Source: Asterias rubens (Eukaryota). From it: 64,000 nucleotides of DNA. Positions 37,401-49,063 of the stretch are shown piece after piece; position 1 is the first letter of the stretch, and every line of letters begins with the position of its first letter. The stretch spans positions 9,796,001-9,860,000 of the forward strand of contig NC_047082.1 in assembly GCF_902459465.1 (NCBI RefSeq), written 5' to 3'. Both the position numbers and the translations under genes were made by a program. Under the pieces are notes generated by a model that worked only from the letters and a program-made list of their open reading frames with translations, had not been told where the DNA came from and did not search any database.

Positions 37401-40400
37401 AGACACACAAGGCCTGAAGGCCACTTCAAGGTGTGGGCTACAATTATTTTTTTCCAGATACCGTTGCCACCTACTCCTAGGGCTGAAACAGGGTTACCCC
37501 TTTTACAGTCCATACGGCTGTAGGCTTGGGTATCATCAGTCCGAAGCCTGGCTGGTAGAGCAGAAAGCACAACCTCCCCAATTTTACATAGCAAGTGTCA
37601 CGACTGGGATTCGAACACACACCCTACTGATCAAACACCAGTGCTTGAATCCGGTGCTCTTAACCGCTCGGCCATGACACGCCACACGCCTATGCAAGTC
37701 TAATAAAACATGAATTATTGTCGGCAGGTATGGGTGCTGGTATCAGCATAGCCGGTAAGATAGAGTCTGGAGGGGTGCAGGTTGGCGATAAAGTGGTTAT
37801 TATGCCGGCTGCTGAACATGGACAGGTCAGAGGTCAGTTCAAATTCATTTTTCATGAAGCAATTCAAATTTTGTCTTTTCCCTTTTTAAATCCTGCAACT
37901 CAAGAGTATGGTTTCAATTTTGTTATTAATAATTCCACTGGCAAAAAAAAATCCACTGTAAAAAACTCCTCTGAAAATCAGATACCAGATGGAGTTGCCG
38001 TATTGTCATAAGAATCAAGTAGTTGACGCTAAAGATCCCAAAAGAGGATCTTATGTGTCTTATGCTCAGGTTATAGGGACTATGATTTCTTGTTCCGTCC
38101 CACTAACCCTTTTGTTATTGGATTCATTCACCCGTCACTTTCTTGTTCACTTTCAAGCTCATGAAGTTTTTGAGTGCTACCACTACCTTCTTTGTTTCAT
38201 GCAATTGATTGATTGATGTGCAACAGGTGTTTATATCCATGAAGAAGAGACGAGGTGGGCATGTGCAGGGGACCATGCAACAGTAGTGGTAACCGGCATA
38301 GATCAAGTCAATGTCAGGTAAGATTTTTTTTTATAGGATCTTAACCAACAAACTCTTGAAAGAACAAATATTGCTGCTCAAAGTGTGTTCTTTATTAATG
38401 AATCAAATTAAAAAAATTGTAATCTTGTTAAAACATTTTCTTCAGTTTTATTTAGATTTAATGCGGTACCGCTTCTCAGATTCAAATTTGGGGGTCATAA
38501 AAACTGTTTTTCCTTTTTTTCTTTTTTCTGTTATCTCAAAATGTTTAGTACTATCGAAAGCTGCTTTAGGCTTCAAACCAAAAGTTGTTATTTTAAGAGT
38601 GATTACCAAATCTATACCTTCTCTTTTTATCTTGTAGTGTCGGTAGTGTCATGTGTTGTCTGGAGCAGCCTATCCCGGTGACGAGTCGTTTTAGAGCCAG
38701 GGTCATCATGTTCAACTTGGACGTACCGGTGACAAGGGGATTCCCTGTAAGTTTCACAATAATTGAAGGAAAGACCCTTGCACTTATCGAAAAGAGAAGG
38801 GGTTCGCCCTGGTGTTCCTGGCTGTGGCTGCTGTATGCGCCATAGCACCTTGTAAACCCGTATATAAGGTGCTACTTAATTTGGTCTCAGAATTCATCAC
38901 TGCAATAACCTATCTTTCTGAAAGTTTGTATATCTCAGCGCCTTGGGTACCTTTTTAGGTAGATATGTGCGCTGTATAAGACTTCAATATTATTATTGTT
39001 ATTATCTATATTTGAAAGCAAATACAAAGATAATTTTGACATCACCATTTTGTCATTTTTCAAACTTGTTTCAAAATTGTAGATGAAAGAGAGAACAAAA
39101 TCGGAAAATTAAATTTAAATTTTTTTTCACAATTGATAGGTGGTACTTCATTACCAGGCTGATAGTGAACCAGCCGTTGTTCGTAAACTCATCAGTACTC
39201 TACACAAGAGTACCGGGGAAATTCTGCAAAAGAGGCCAAAGTAAGTTCGGTCAGATTTGTAATATTTGAAGCTTATTTTAAGACATCAGACATAAGAAAA
39301 CCTTATTAATCTAAAAAAAAAAAATTGCATTGCTCGCAAAAGTTTAAAAAGCACCACAAATATCGAAAAGAAACAACAGGCAGATACAAAAATAGCTTTA
39401 AAGTATCAATGCACACAGATTTAAGAATAAAACCTCCCAGTGCAGTAGGTAAGAGAAATAACTAGGGGTTTGGCTTTGGGGTTTTTTGGTGTGTTTTTTG
39501 TGTTTTTAAAAGAAAAAAACCTTGTTGAACAAATTTGTGTGCTTCCAGATGCATTATAAAAGGCTTCAAGCCTCAAGTCTTTTAAAGTTTGAGTGAGAAA
39601 TTACCTCTGTCTCAACAACTCTGCTACTTCAGAGGGAACTGTTTCTCACAATGTTTTAAACTATCAAAAGCTCTAAAGTGCTCATTACCAATTAAGTTTT
39701 TTATCCTAACAATTATTTTGAGTAATATAACTACCAATAGTGTCCTTTGCCCCTAAGTGATACATGTTTCCATGATTTACTTTCGACACCTAACCTCTTC
39801 TTCTAGGTGTCTTACGAAGCAGAGTAATGCCATAATAGAGATAGAGACAAGCAGGCCTGTCTGCCTAGAACTGTATAAAGACTACAAAGATTTAGGACGA
39901 TTTATGCTCAGATACAGCGGCTCGACGATTGGTGCTGGCGTTGTAATTGAGGTAGGTTAATTATTTGACATATAAACTGAGATTGTTTTCTTTTATCCTG
40001 TCTGCGTCTGTATTATCAGTCTTAATGCCAAGTCACAAAGGCCCGATAGCGAGAGAAAAACGATAACGATAAAAATGCCTGCCCTCAATTGGTTGAAATA
40101 CCCCATGCAGAACACGCCCATGCTCATTCAACCAATTGAGGGCGTGCATTTTGATCGTTATCGTTTTCGTTCTCGTTATCGGGGCTTGTGTGACTTGGCC
40201 TTTAATCTATGAGCAAGTTCGACTGCACACCATGGTTTACTTAAAAGTTGTCTATTTTGCTTAAACCCAGGCTGGTAGACCATTGTCTGATCATAGTGTC
40301 TGCGGTTGGATCAACACTTTAACATGCATAAAAGCTTAGGCTGCCCTTAGCAACAGCCGAAGCCACCAACTCAGACACGGCTATAGTCTTGTATTTCACC

Positions 40401-40454
40401 GTTTCAAAAATAATGTAAGAATTGTTATGCTTTCTTTTACAGATCAAGAGCTAG
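22480..40454 (+). CDS. HBS1L: HBS1-like translational GTPase, long isoform, 18 coding exons, about 727 aa
   Basis: Exons: 22480-22522 (MSRHRNVRG), 24008-24076, 24620-24793, 25623-25808, 31544-31799, 32485-32614, 33310-33438 (GHVDAGKST), 34026-34132 ([14 protein letters not shown]), 34629-34746 ([13 protein letters not shown]), 35411-35632 (NKLD), 35844-35961, 36989-37057, 37728-37832, 38227-38317, 38638-38746, 39140-39240, 39807-39951 (LGRFMLR), 40443-40454. Phases are consistent and the total is 2184 nt. Exon 5 has a triple CAG tandem acceptor at 31541-31549. Confidence 0.95.
22657..23547. mobile_element. Foldback/Mutator-like element with arms built of 16-bp tandem repeats
   Basis: (aagtcaactcggtccc)n at 22668-22790 and its reverse complement at 23445-23543. 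A 9-bp direct repeat CACTTTACT flanks it at 22648-22656 and 23548-23556. Confidence 0.8.
25987..26340. mobile_element. Family C TTAA MITE
   Basis: TTAA|AGGATTTGGGTACC...CCT|TTAA. Related copies at about 43330-43557, about 58958-59130 and about 61905-62248. Confidence 0.75.
26595..28415 (+). CDS. HBS1L: Alternative terminal exon of HBS1L encoding the Ski7-like / HBS1LV3-type exosome-SKI adaptor isoform
   Basis: A 606-codon open frame lies in intron 4 and ends in [15 protein letters not shown] and [21 protein letters not shown], matching the PSxFAxxL / FDFxxxSPDD motifs of HBS1LV3/Ski7. ATTAAA follows at 28455-28460. The 5' boundary is uncertain; phase-1-compatible AG dinucleotides end at 26580 and 26679. 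Confidence 0.85.
   Translation: MILRENEKRENEKKEMNISTRPNDHSDPDGLLTERNRKTSPSGTMQVGGLADGSKEVQKASSNVLVAPLSNLVGVRLSPSSLSRCKAVASSNLVSSVPLSALAASHLSSSPAASGASRGRGPLSLSQLAGSRLDATKASRDRDVLTGSLTGLSLRDLSQRSLSSTPPRHFPVKQNLQTNINSRGGHTGEEDHRGISLSSLASSHLSSNPLNLKPSGTPDFGNKTDRFSTQSLAFDSRIGSDLKSIGLGNLVGGLGATVKTKVPGAIRPMDGGLQHGHPGTVAGSSFLTPGMSISSLASSHLTSNLSRSQEKSTLGFGTGGSTAGISLSDLATTHLSSTPPSQLFIGVALESRHKHQSMVSTSPAGSSLFRLATNHLSQAPSTSTAFALPSVRDTHDKRTTLQNSPVKMEQNTSEWFQTISSHQPLSGFEPARFEAPPGLRPLTYETVPPSEDELTPRVHTPPGFQSRESIKMESTSSGLTTNIETQDTSVIQKIQGLPKFKHSAKQSKSLIFSKPSVFARTLCAEYINQSPQRMKVASCILNKLHSKPIKHRQFSYRRQKSWTESPADNKEEVVVFDFSTPSPDDVVKQRQSGAFGSVHKSKGKKK
28465..28625 (-). mobile_element. tRNA-derived SINE, second family
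   Basis: Head ctcggtagtctagttggtaagacactgctctagaattgcaggggtcatgggttcgaatcccacccgag plus a shared tail (cacacatcggtgta..). Related copies at 5600-5766, 30655-30810, 37135-37370 and 61795-61870, with tail fragments at 14210-14300 and 19590-19682. Confidence 0.7.
29193..29568. mobile_element. Family B TTAA MITE
   Basis: TTAA|AGC(C/T)ATTGGACCCTTTCGG...CCGAAAGGGTCCAATGGCT|TTAA. Near-identical copies at 41627-41992 and 62817-63182, and a partial at about 50960-51117. Confidence 0.85.
30865..31181 (-). mobile_element. tRNA-derived SINE, third family (about 330 bp)
   Basis: Head gtcatggccgagtgattaagagc.. and body ..gtgtccttgagcaag..cccctggg..ctccctgggga. Related copies at 33010-33285, 37400-37680, 24445-24548, 11615-11990 and 46640-46760. 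Confidence 0.7.
40025..40201. mobile_element. Harbinger-like palindromic MITE
   Basis: TIR gccaagtcaca..tgtgacttggcc with TTA flanks; related copy at 62634-62813. Confidence 0.7.
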
Positions 40455-42471
40455 TCAAACAGAAACTGATGCAGTTGGCCACCTTCTTGTCCAGTATACA
40501 TAACACCCCCTCTCTGATAATGGAATTCCCCCTCTCCTTTTACGCTTCTGTTGAAAAATGAGTAAACAAAATCAAGAGGCAAACTTATTTTTCTGTACTA
40601 GAAGACAAGAAGGTACAACCACCATTTAGAAATTTTAATTCTTCCAAATATATTTTCCCTTTCTTTTTAAAAAATGAAATTTTAAGAGAGGACTTTTTGT
40701 CATATGATGTTTTTTTGTTCTTTCTTCTTCTTCCTCAAAAAATGTATTTTTTTCTCTTCCTGAAACAAAGTGAACATAATTTGTATACATTATCCTGTAT
40801 CTTTGTGTTGTGACCATAAGACATTTGTATTTTAGACAAATCTTGAATGTAGAATTTCAGTTTTTCTTTTTAAATGCAAATCAAATTTGCTGGTAAATTA
40901 GAAAAATGGGCTTTCCTTATGGCTATGTGAATCTAATTTGAGGCAAACATTTTGTTTGAAAATGTTTGGAGGCAGTTGCTCGATAATTGTTGGTAAATCT
41001 GTTTAATCATCCATAATCCGAAGCTCTGAAAGGTTAAGATCCCACTAAAAAAGAGTAAAAGGTTAAAAAGTATAGATATCACTTTTAATGTCAAAGACCA
41101 GTCTTCGTACTTCTGTGTATCTAAACATCTAAACAAATAGCAAACCTGTGAAAATTTGAGCTCAATTGGTCATCAAAGTTGCGAGATAATATTGAAAGAA
41201 AAAAATACTCTTTTGTGTGCTTTCAGATGCTTGATTTTGAGACCTCAAATTCTAAAAGGGTCTCAAAATCAAATTCGCGGAAAATTACTTCTTTCTTGAA
41301 AACTACTCCACTTCAGAGGGAGCCATTTCTCACAATGTTTGATACTATCGACTTCTCCCCATTACTCGTTACCAAGTAAGATTTTATGCCAATAATTATT
41401 TTGAGTAATTACCAATAGTGTCCACAGCCTTTAAAGCGGCAAACATCTTGTGACTACTACAGGATGGCACATACGGTTTGGTACATTTTGTAAAAAGAAA
41501 TCTGTGGATAAACATTTCATATTTTTTTCACATGAAAAGATATTTAGAATGTGTTTTTATTCAAAGCAATAGGTGACGTTGTAATAAAAAGAAAGCATAA
41601 TGAAGACGATGTCTTACACCTATTAAAGCCATTGGACCCTTTCGGTAAACAGTATTGTCCAAGGCCCACACTTCGTGTATCACAAGTTATATATAAAATA
41701 ACAAACCTGTGATAATTTAGGCTAAATCGGTCATCGGAGTCGGGAGAAAATAACGTGAAAACCCATCCTTGCATCCGCGCGTTTCGCCGTGTCATGACAT
41801 GTGTTTAAAATAAATCTGTAATTCTCGCTATCGAGTGTTGATATTGTTTTAATGTTTTCTCAAAAAGTACAGCATTTCACGGTATAACATTTCAAGAGAA
41901 GTCTTTCACCACTACCTTCTGTAAACCCTGTAAGTTATTTGTAAATCTGTGAACTTTTTTTGTTTTTTCTGTACCGAAAGGGTCCAATGGCTTTAAAAGA
42001 TCTGTATACATTGTACATGAAATTGGATTTATTTGGCCGTTTATTTGGCCACACAATGTAATAATCATGAAAGCTATAAATAATAAAAACACCCAATGCT
42101 AAATTTAATCAAAAAGATACATTGTATTATTGCTATCTCAAAACTGTTAGTGTTATATTTACACAACAAGAGTACTAACAATATATTGTTACACTCTACA
42201 AATGACGGAAACTTTTGAGAGACTCTGTTTGTTGGAAGCCTTTGACTAAGATCTATATTGAGACTCCCCTAATGTTACATCTGGAATCAAAATAATAGCA
42301 CAGAGTACTTATAAAGTACACACTTCCTAGACGGCACTAGATGGCGCTGGACGAAAGAACAATTCACAAACAAATTAATGAACTCCGAACAGTTCAGTCT
42401 TCAAATGTTTCTTGAATTTCATCAGTGAGTGAGACTAATGGATCTCTGGAGTGAGTTTGTTCCAAACAAAA

Positions 42472-43947
42472 CTATTTTGAGTCTGAGTTAATCAATAAAA
42501 CTGCCCTTCCAGCTCCCAAGAATTTCCTCTTCTTCCCTTTCTCCTTTGTCTTATCCTTTCCCTTCTTCTCTTTCTCTTGCTCTTTTTGTTTCCTCGCCTC
42601 TTCCTCTCTGTGTCTTCTTTTCTCCTCTTCCTGTCGCTCTCGTTCCTCCAGGTCCAGCTTTTCCTGCTGTTCTCTCTCCTTACGAATCACATCTTCCCAC
42701 GCGGCCCTACAACATAGGAACAATCACAGGTGCTTATCACTAGCAGCATGATAATGGTGGCTTCTTGAGCCCTTTCCACCAGGAACCGAAAACCAATTAC
42801 AATCGTTTTGGGCGCCAGTTGTCTTTCCCAAAGGTTGTTGCGATTTCTTGACAAACATTCACACAATCACAAACATCGCGTTCTCAGCGATCCTCGTGCA
42901 TGCGAGATCGCACTGTGCTCTGCCAGTACTCCGTTTAGGGTAATGTATTTGCGATCGCTTTCTTGACACATAAGAAACAAACAAACAAAATCAGGAGAAA
43001 CTTACATTTTCAGGAATTCAACACAATCATGCTGTCCATAGACTGCAGCCACATCTCTTGCTGTGTCACCGCAGCAATCTTTTATCTCTATATTGGCTCC
43101 GAGTTTATGTAAGGTTTTAAGTGCACCAATCTTGCCGAGTTCTGCAGAAAAATGTGCTGGTGTCCATCCACTGTCTGTGACGGCATCGATATTGGCTCCG
43201 TAGTCAACAAGAACGCGAATACTTTCTCCATGACCTTGGTTTGTAAATTGGTGAAGGAAAAGTGAGTTCATTACTTTGAGACATTACTCTGTTGGTAGGC
43301 CTACCTTTCGCCTTGTAAGTGTTTATAAACAATGAAAGATGACTTGTCAAATTTAACAATGTCATGAAAATTACTTTAGCTGCATGTAAAAACGTATTTT
43401 CATGACATTGTTTTTCTTAATTTCTCAAAAACTACAGCACCTCAGCAACTAATATTTTCAGGTACGCTTTCTACTATCATTATCTTCAATCGGTGCAAGT
43501 TTAATGTAAATCTGTGGACATTGTGTTTTGTGTTACAAAAAGTACCCAAATCCTTGAAGGTACGATTGAAGATGTGAATTTTTTTTCAATGTGTAAGGCC
43601 GTGTCCGAAACGGCGACTTCGGCTACAGCTACGGCTAGATCGCGCGCGTCTGCCTATTCTTCAACACTGGTAGACGCGCTGATCTAGACGTAGCTGTAGC
43701 CGAAGTCGTCGTTTCGGACACACCCTAAGCCTCCACTGCCCACCTACTGGGTTATTCCTGAATGATCAAAAGAACACCTTTTGGCAAAGTTACCTTTTAT
43801 GGCAGCCCAGTGTAATGGAGTCCTGTCGTGCCACTCTGCATCTTTCTGATTCACGTCATACTTGCCAAGATTCAAGAGATTTAAGATCTGTTCGCTGTCT
43901 CCCGCTGCTGCCGCCTCATGAACCTCACTCATTATAGGCCCTTCCAT
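42472..43947 (-). CDS. ANKRD66: Ankyrin repeat domain-containing protein 66-like, 3 exons, about 200-205 aa
   Basis: Exons 43794-43947 (start could be 43932), 43006-43234 and 42472-42706. Contains HEAAAAGD, WHDRTPLHWAAIKG, GWTPAHFSAELG, GDTARDVAAVYGQ and a charged coiled-coil tail. Confidence 0.85.
43597..43725. mobile_element. Harbinger-like MITE with TAA target duplication
   Basis: TAA|GGCCGTGTCCGAAAC...GTTTCGGACACACCC|TAA. Related sequences at 33885-33922 and 13950-14087. Confidence 0.75.
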
Positions 43948-45264
43948 TGGGGTCACAACCGTGTCAAAGGTCAAAGTGCAGGCGAGGGGATCGTTGCGTG
44001 ATCTATCATGATGGGTTCACTGCACTGCAGCATGCAAAAGTATTTTTTTAAAAGATGAATCAAAAAGATTCTAAAAGTACATAGGCCTATTATTAGTGTT
44101 ACAAGTACGCCAATTCAAATGGGCGGAAGGGGTTGAAATCAAACCTCGCCGCCCATTTGAATGGCCATCAATCAAGCCATGCTCGTACTAAACGCTCGGG
44201 TCTTAGGACTTGGACCCTCGCCGGCGGAGCGTTACAACTATTGTAAGTATTATGATGATGGGATTTAGATGTGAGATATATAAGATTCTAATTTACCTCA
44301 AATTTTGAGTCAAAAATGAGAATTAGCGATCCCTTTTAAGTTTTATTTTCGAACAAAATATGAAAAAGTGATGGCGCCACACAGGAAAGCTATCCATCCA
44401 ATCTACCGTACAAATGACAAAAAAAAAACTTTTAAATTAAATTAAATTAAATTATACTTATCTTTTCCTAGTGTTTTTTTAAAATGCACACACTCTGCTA
44501 GTGCTATTTCTACCTCCAAACGCAACCATACAGGAAAACTGTGTCCGGAAAATGGGCAAGAATAATTTTTGGGCAAAGGCAAGTCTTTAGGACTAATTTC
44601 ATATTGCTATCTGAAATTATATTTAATCTATGTGTAAGGTATCTAATAGTAGGCATGTTTACCTTTTAGGAAGTTAAGCTAAAAGCGCAAGTTTCATCGT
44701 TGTGGTGTGCAAGCCATTCTTGTGTTGTTTACCGTGGTGATGTCAATCAATCTATGCTCCTCATCTAAACTTGAAAAAGATTGAGGGCGCTGTTTCATAT
44801 AATTGTTTTTATTGAAGACAAGATCGAACTGACAGTACGCTTTATTTCTGGCTGGGTCGACGTGCAGTACGTGAAAAAGGGCTAAACAGTTGATTGTAAA
44901 CTAAAACCATGGATTAGGCTCTGGTGCAAAGGTAATGTTTTTGTAAAGTGATTATTGTGTATTGTCAGGTCATGTCGCATATTTTTACATAATACTAACT
45001 GGCCATGCTTGTGTTCGAAGTTGTTTATGTTGACATAAAAATATGACAACGTTACATTGTTGTTGCATGGAGGTAGAATTGTTGTAAACCATCTGACTTC
45101 TGACCATCCATATTTTTTTATGTCAACTGTCGACCATTGTGTTGTCGACTGTCAGTCAGTGTCACAGTAGGACAGTTATGAGCTTCCCTTCTCAGTGAGA
45201 AAGACACCCGTGAGGGGGTAAGTAAGACTATCTAATCTAGTTTATTGCTCAATGGTAAGACTAA

Positions 45265-45397
45265 GGGATAACTTTCCGTATGGCGCCACCACTTTTTCAC
45301 TCATTTTTACAAAAAGGGATATATCAATCAGGTAAATTAGATACTATATTATTTTATTTCGAATGAAAAAGTGGTGGCGCCATACGGAAACTTTTCC
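45265..45397. mobile_element. Family D MITE of about 130 bp
   Basis: TIR ggataactttccgtatggcgccaccacttttt. Copies at 23737-23800, about 44370-44400, 52095-52259, 56676-56811 and 56945-57073. Confidence 0.8.
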
Positions 45398-45856
45398 AGA
45401 CTAAGTCTCCTATTCCTAAGACCGAGTGCGACTGACAGTGGTATCATCTCGCAAAATGTATTGACACTGACAGGGGCGTGAAATTGGGGAATGTGTCACA
45501 TTCTGTCAATGTCAGTTGTCACTGTGTGTGTGTGTCACATTACAATTCCTAATTTTTAAGTTAAACCCCTGTGGAGAAAGGAATGGTGAGGTTCGATGTG
45601 AACTTTTTGTTTTCCAGTTTAATGTCAGTAATTTTGTTAATCCAAGATACATTTTTCAATGCAAAACAGATTTGAAGCAGAAGGCATGACGATTCTGTCC
45701 TTAAATCTCAGCTGGAACATCTTTAAATTTAACAGCAAGATGTTAACATCCTGCAGTCAGTAAGTAATGAACAACAACAGCAGAGAAGCAAAATAGAAAC
45801 TGCTAATAATTAATAAACCCACATCAGCATCTGTCCTGACATCGTCACCCGAAATC

Positions 45857-47056
45857 ATGCAGGAACTTCCCAGTCATGGTCATCAGAGACCAGAGGAGAA
45901 CAAACTCAAATCCACGGCAGCTCCAACCCTTCCTGCCGGAGCAATTTTTAGAAACCGCACTCCACGTTTAATCAACCTATTGTGGTTGGACTTTCAAGGG
46001 AGGCAAGTGACACATACCAGAAACGGATTGAAATCAAGGCACAAGATGGCCATGAACACTTTCGAAGGTCATCCGTGGATATTCAGAGATCACATCACCG
46101 GCGACAAACTTGTCTGCTACACCGACGCGGAATCGCAGAAGAGAGAAGTGTTTTTCCCGATTCCATTCAGCGAAGACTACCCACATAACACTCAGGTCAA
46201 CATTATTTTACCAGGTAAAGTGTACAAAAAGGAGGAGCATTCTTCACACTGCACTATAAGGGGGGAGGGAGAAAATAAAATTGAACTGTAAAATGTTTTC
46301 CTGGCAAAGTTTCCAATTGTAGATGGAGTAAATTTGGCAGAGCTTGAATTTGAAATTTTAAAAATCACACGAAACATCTCTGTAACTGGCGTCAAATATC
46401 TTTGACCGTACATTTCTTGTTTAATCTTTTTTATTTACTGAACTTTAAGGAGATTTTTCAAAGCATACATTTTAGGAATTGGTAAAAACAATAGACTGCA
46501 GGACTTGTTTTGCGGTTGTTGACCAAGTTTTAAAAAAATGGACTCTAGCCAGTTAAACAGTGGGATTTTGAAGTCCTTGAAGGGGATATGATAATAATAA
46601 GTAGTTCTTATAAAAAGCCGATACACAATTAACGTCTCAATGTGCTTCACATTATGCCCTGATCAATGGGCCAATACCTTTCCTTTTATCTCTCTCAGTT
46701 CCCTGGGGAGTATATAGCCCTGGGCTGCCGTGGGGCTCCAGCGGCTTTTCGGAGCATGCTTTTTCGTGTGCTTACGGTTAGAAGCGCTGTGAAATAGAAA
46801 TTGCACAGTGAGCACAAAATCGGCCGCTAAGCAGCGCTATGAAATTGGGCCCTGGATATTAACTGGTAGTTTATTGAATCTGCTGTAACTAACATGAATA
46901 TTTTGTGGGTTTTGTTTTTCAGTCTACACCCTCAAGGAGAGAGCTCTCCAGGTTGTCAGAAGTTACATCAGGAGTAAAGACGATTGTGCAAAGTTACAAA
47001 TTCCAACCACACTTCAATGTGAGCTCGCTAATCCAGATGTTTCCATCAATTGGTGA
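45857..47056 (+). CDS. VHL: von Hippel-Lindau protein homolog (Elongin BC/Cul2 substrate receptor), 2 coding exons, 163 aa
   Basis: Exons 45857-46214 and 46923-47056. Beta domain with FRNRT, WLDFQG and TFEGHPWIFRD; BC-box VYTLKERALQVVRS; cullin box LQIPTTLQCEL. Confidence 0.9.
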
Positions 47057-49063
47057 TGCCTGAATTTCTTTTTACAGTGGTCACCATGTGCGGGCGTTGA
47101 ATTTCTTTCTTGAAGGGGCGCATCAATCCTCTATTTGCATTGGATTTTTATTTGCATTGGATTTTGTAAAGGGCACCTAAGCAAAAAAGCACAGGGCACC
47201 ATGGCAATTGATGTGGGTGCCCAGGGTTAGTTTTGAAGGCCTGCATGTGATGTCTCTGTCAGATTCTGACCAGTGTAGTATCTTGCCCGTCAGGAATTGC
47301 CCGAGTGGAATGCGTACTTACATTTTTAGTATTGATTAATGATTGTTAAATGCGATATTGTTGCCTAGTACTGACCATTATATTGGGGCATGGATGTAGG
47401 AATTAAACACCCATGTTTAGGGCAGCCATTCAAATCAACCAATCGGACAGCAGAAGAGAAAATTAGCCTGACCCCCTTTTTGTCTTAGTAAGAATCAGTG
47501 TTTATTATTGCTACTGCATACAGGGTACAAGACAAAGATTTATGTCCATGTCTGATTGTGGGATGTTTGAGGACTGTAGGCTGAATAACAAATTACTTAT
47601 CACTGGGTCAGGCATTACAATCTTATTCTAAGTCCAAAATGTTGGTGTGAAGTGACATGCAAGCATAGTGTTGATTTAGGTTACCTGGGGTGGATTTCAC
47701 AAATGTAGTCCTTAGGACTAGTCCTAAGCAATGCTGAGAGATAGGACTGGTCCTAAGTTAGGACCAGTAACTCATCCTAACTTAGGACTGGTCCTATCTC
47801 CTAGCTTTGCCTAGGACTAGTCCTAAGTTAGGACTACCTTTGTGATCTCCACCCCAGGGCCCAATTTCATCAAGCTGTTCAGCCAGAAATTCTGCTCAAC
47901 AAGTTTGTTTGCTAAGCAATTAATTAGTTGGAAATATTCACAGCAATGGTAACTGTTATATATTTTGGCCAGTAACCTATTTTTCTGTGCTTAAATTAGC
48001 AAGTTATTGTGCTTTTGCTTTATGAAATTGTGCCAAAGAATGCAAGTTGGTGAACATTTAGAAAAGAAGTTTGCCAAGTTTTGTGGTTTACTGCCGAACA
48101 TGAACTTTGGACAATGCACAATCTGCTTACAATAGTATGTGACAAAAGGCATTGTTTTCATAACTCACATTAAGTACCAAAATGCCAGAAATAGAATTGA
48201 AACAGTGCTTGATATTGTACCTTAGTCCCAATTGTTTCACCAAATTAAAAAAAAATATATAAAAACATCCAAACCCCAGATATTTTATTACGTTTTCTTT
48301 ATTAAAATATGTACAGTATGATATACTCATAGAGTATTAGAATATTTTTACTAATATAGTAAATGAACATTCAAAATATACAGTATACATATATCACATC
48401 ACTTTAAGCTTGTGAAAGAATAAAAGTTCAGTAATTATAAACAATAATATTGCAATTATTTTCATGTCATTTTCTTTGAAGCATCCATACATGTATGAAT
48501 GGGTCAAAATTCAAAAATGCTGAGTTATTTGTACAAATTCAGATTTTTCCCCCTGGTGACTCACCAGAGGGGAAAAGGTCTGAATTTAAATACAAATAAC
48601 TCAGAATTTTTTAAATTGATTAAATAGATGTTAATACTGATAGATAGATATTGAGATTTCGTAGTGACAGCATTTTTGTGGGTTTACGTTTTTTAGGGTA
48701 TGGAAACTCGGATAACAACCACAAAACAGGCTGGTAAGCAGCTCTATGACATTGGGGTCTGGTCTTTGACAATAATCGATGTTGCCCACTGGCTTCAAAT
48801 AGCTTTCTTCTTATTATCTATTTCTCCCTTCATTTGTTTCTGTGCATCATTTTAAACTGCGCAATTCTTTTAAGTGCTGAACAGCTGTCTAAGTTATAAT
48901 GAATGAAAAACAAATTATCCACATTAATTAGGTTAAAAACCTGTAGAATCAGCTTTACTATCTCTTCAGCAATATAAATAATTTTAAGAACTATGCTTTA
49001 TTTCACACACCACACAAACAACTACAGTATACAGTTTAAATAATCACCAAATATCAAATTTAG

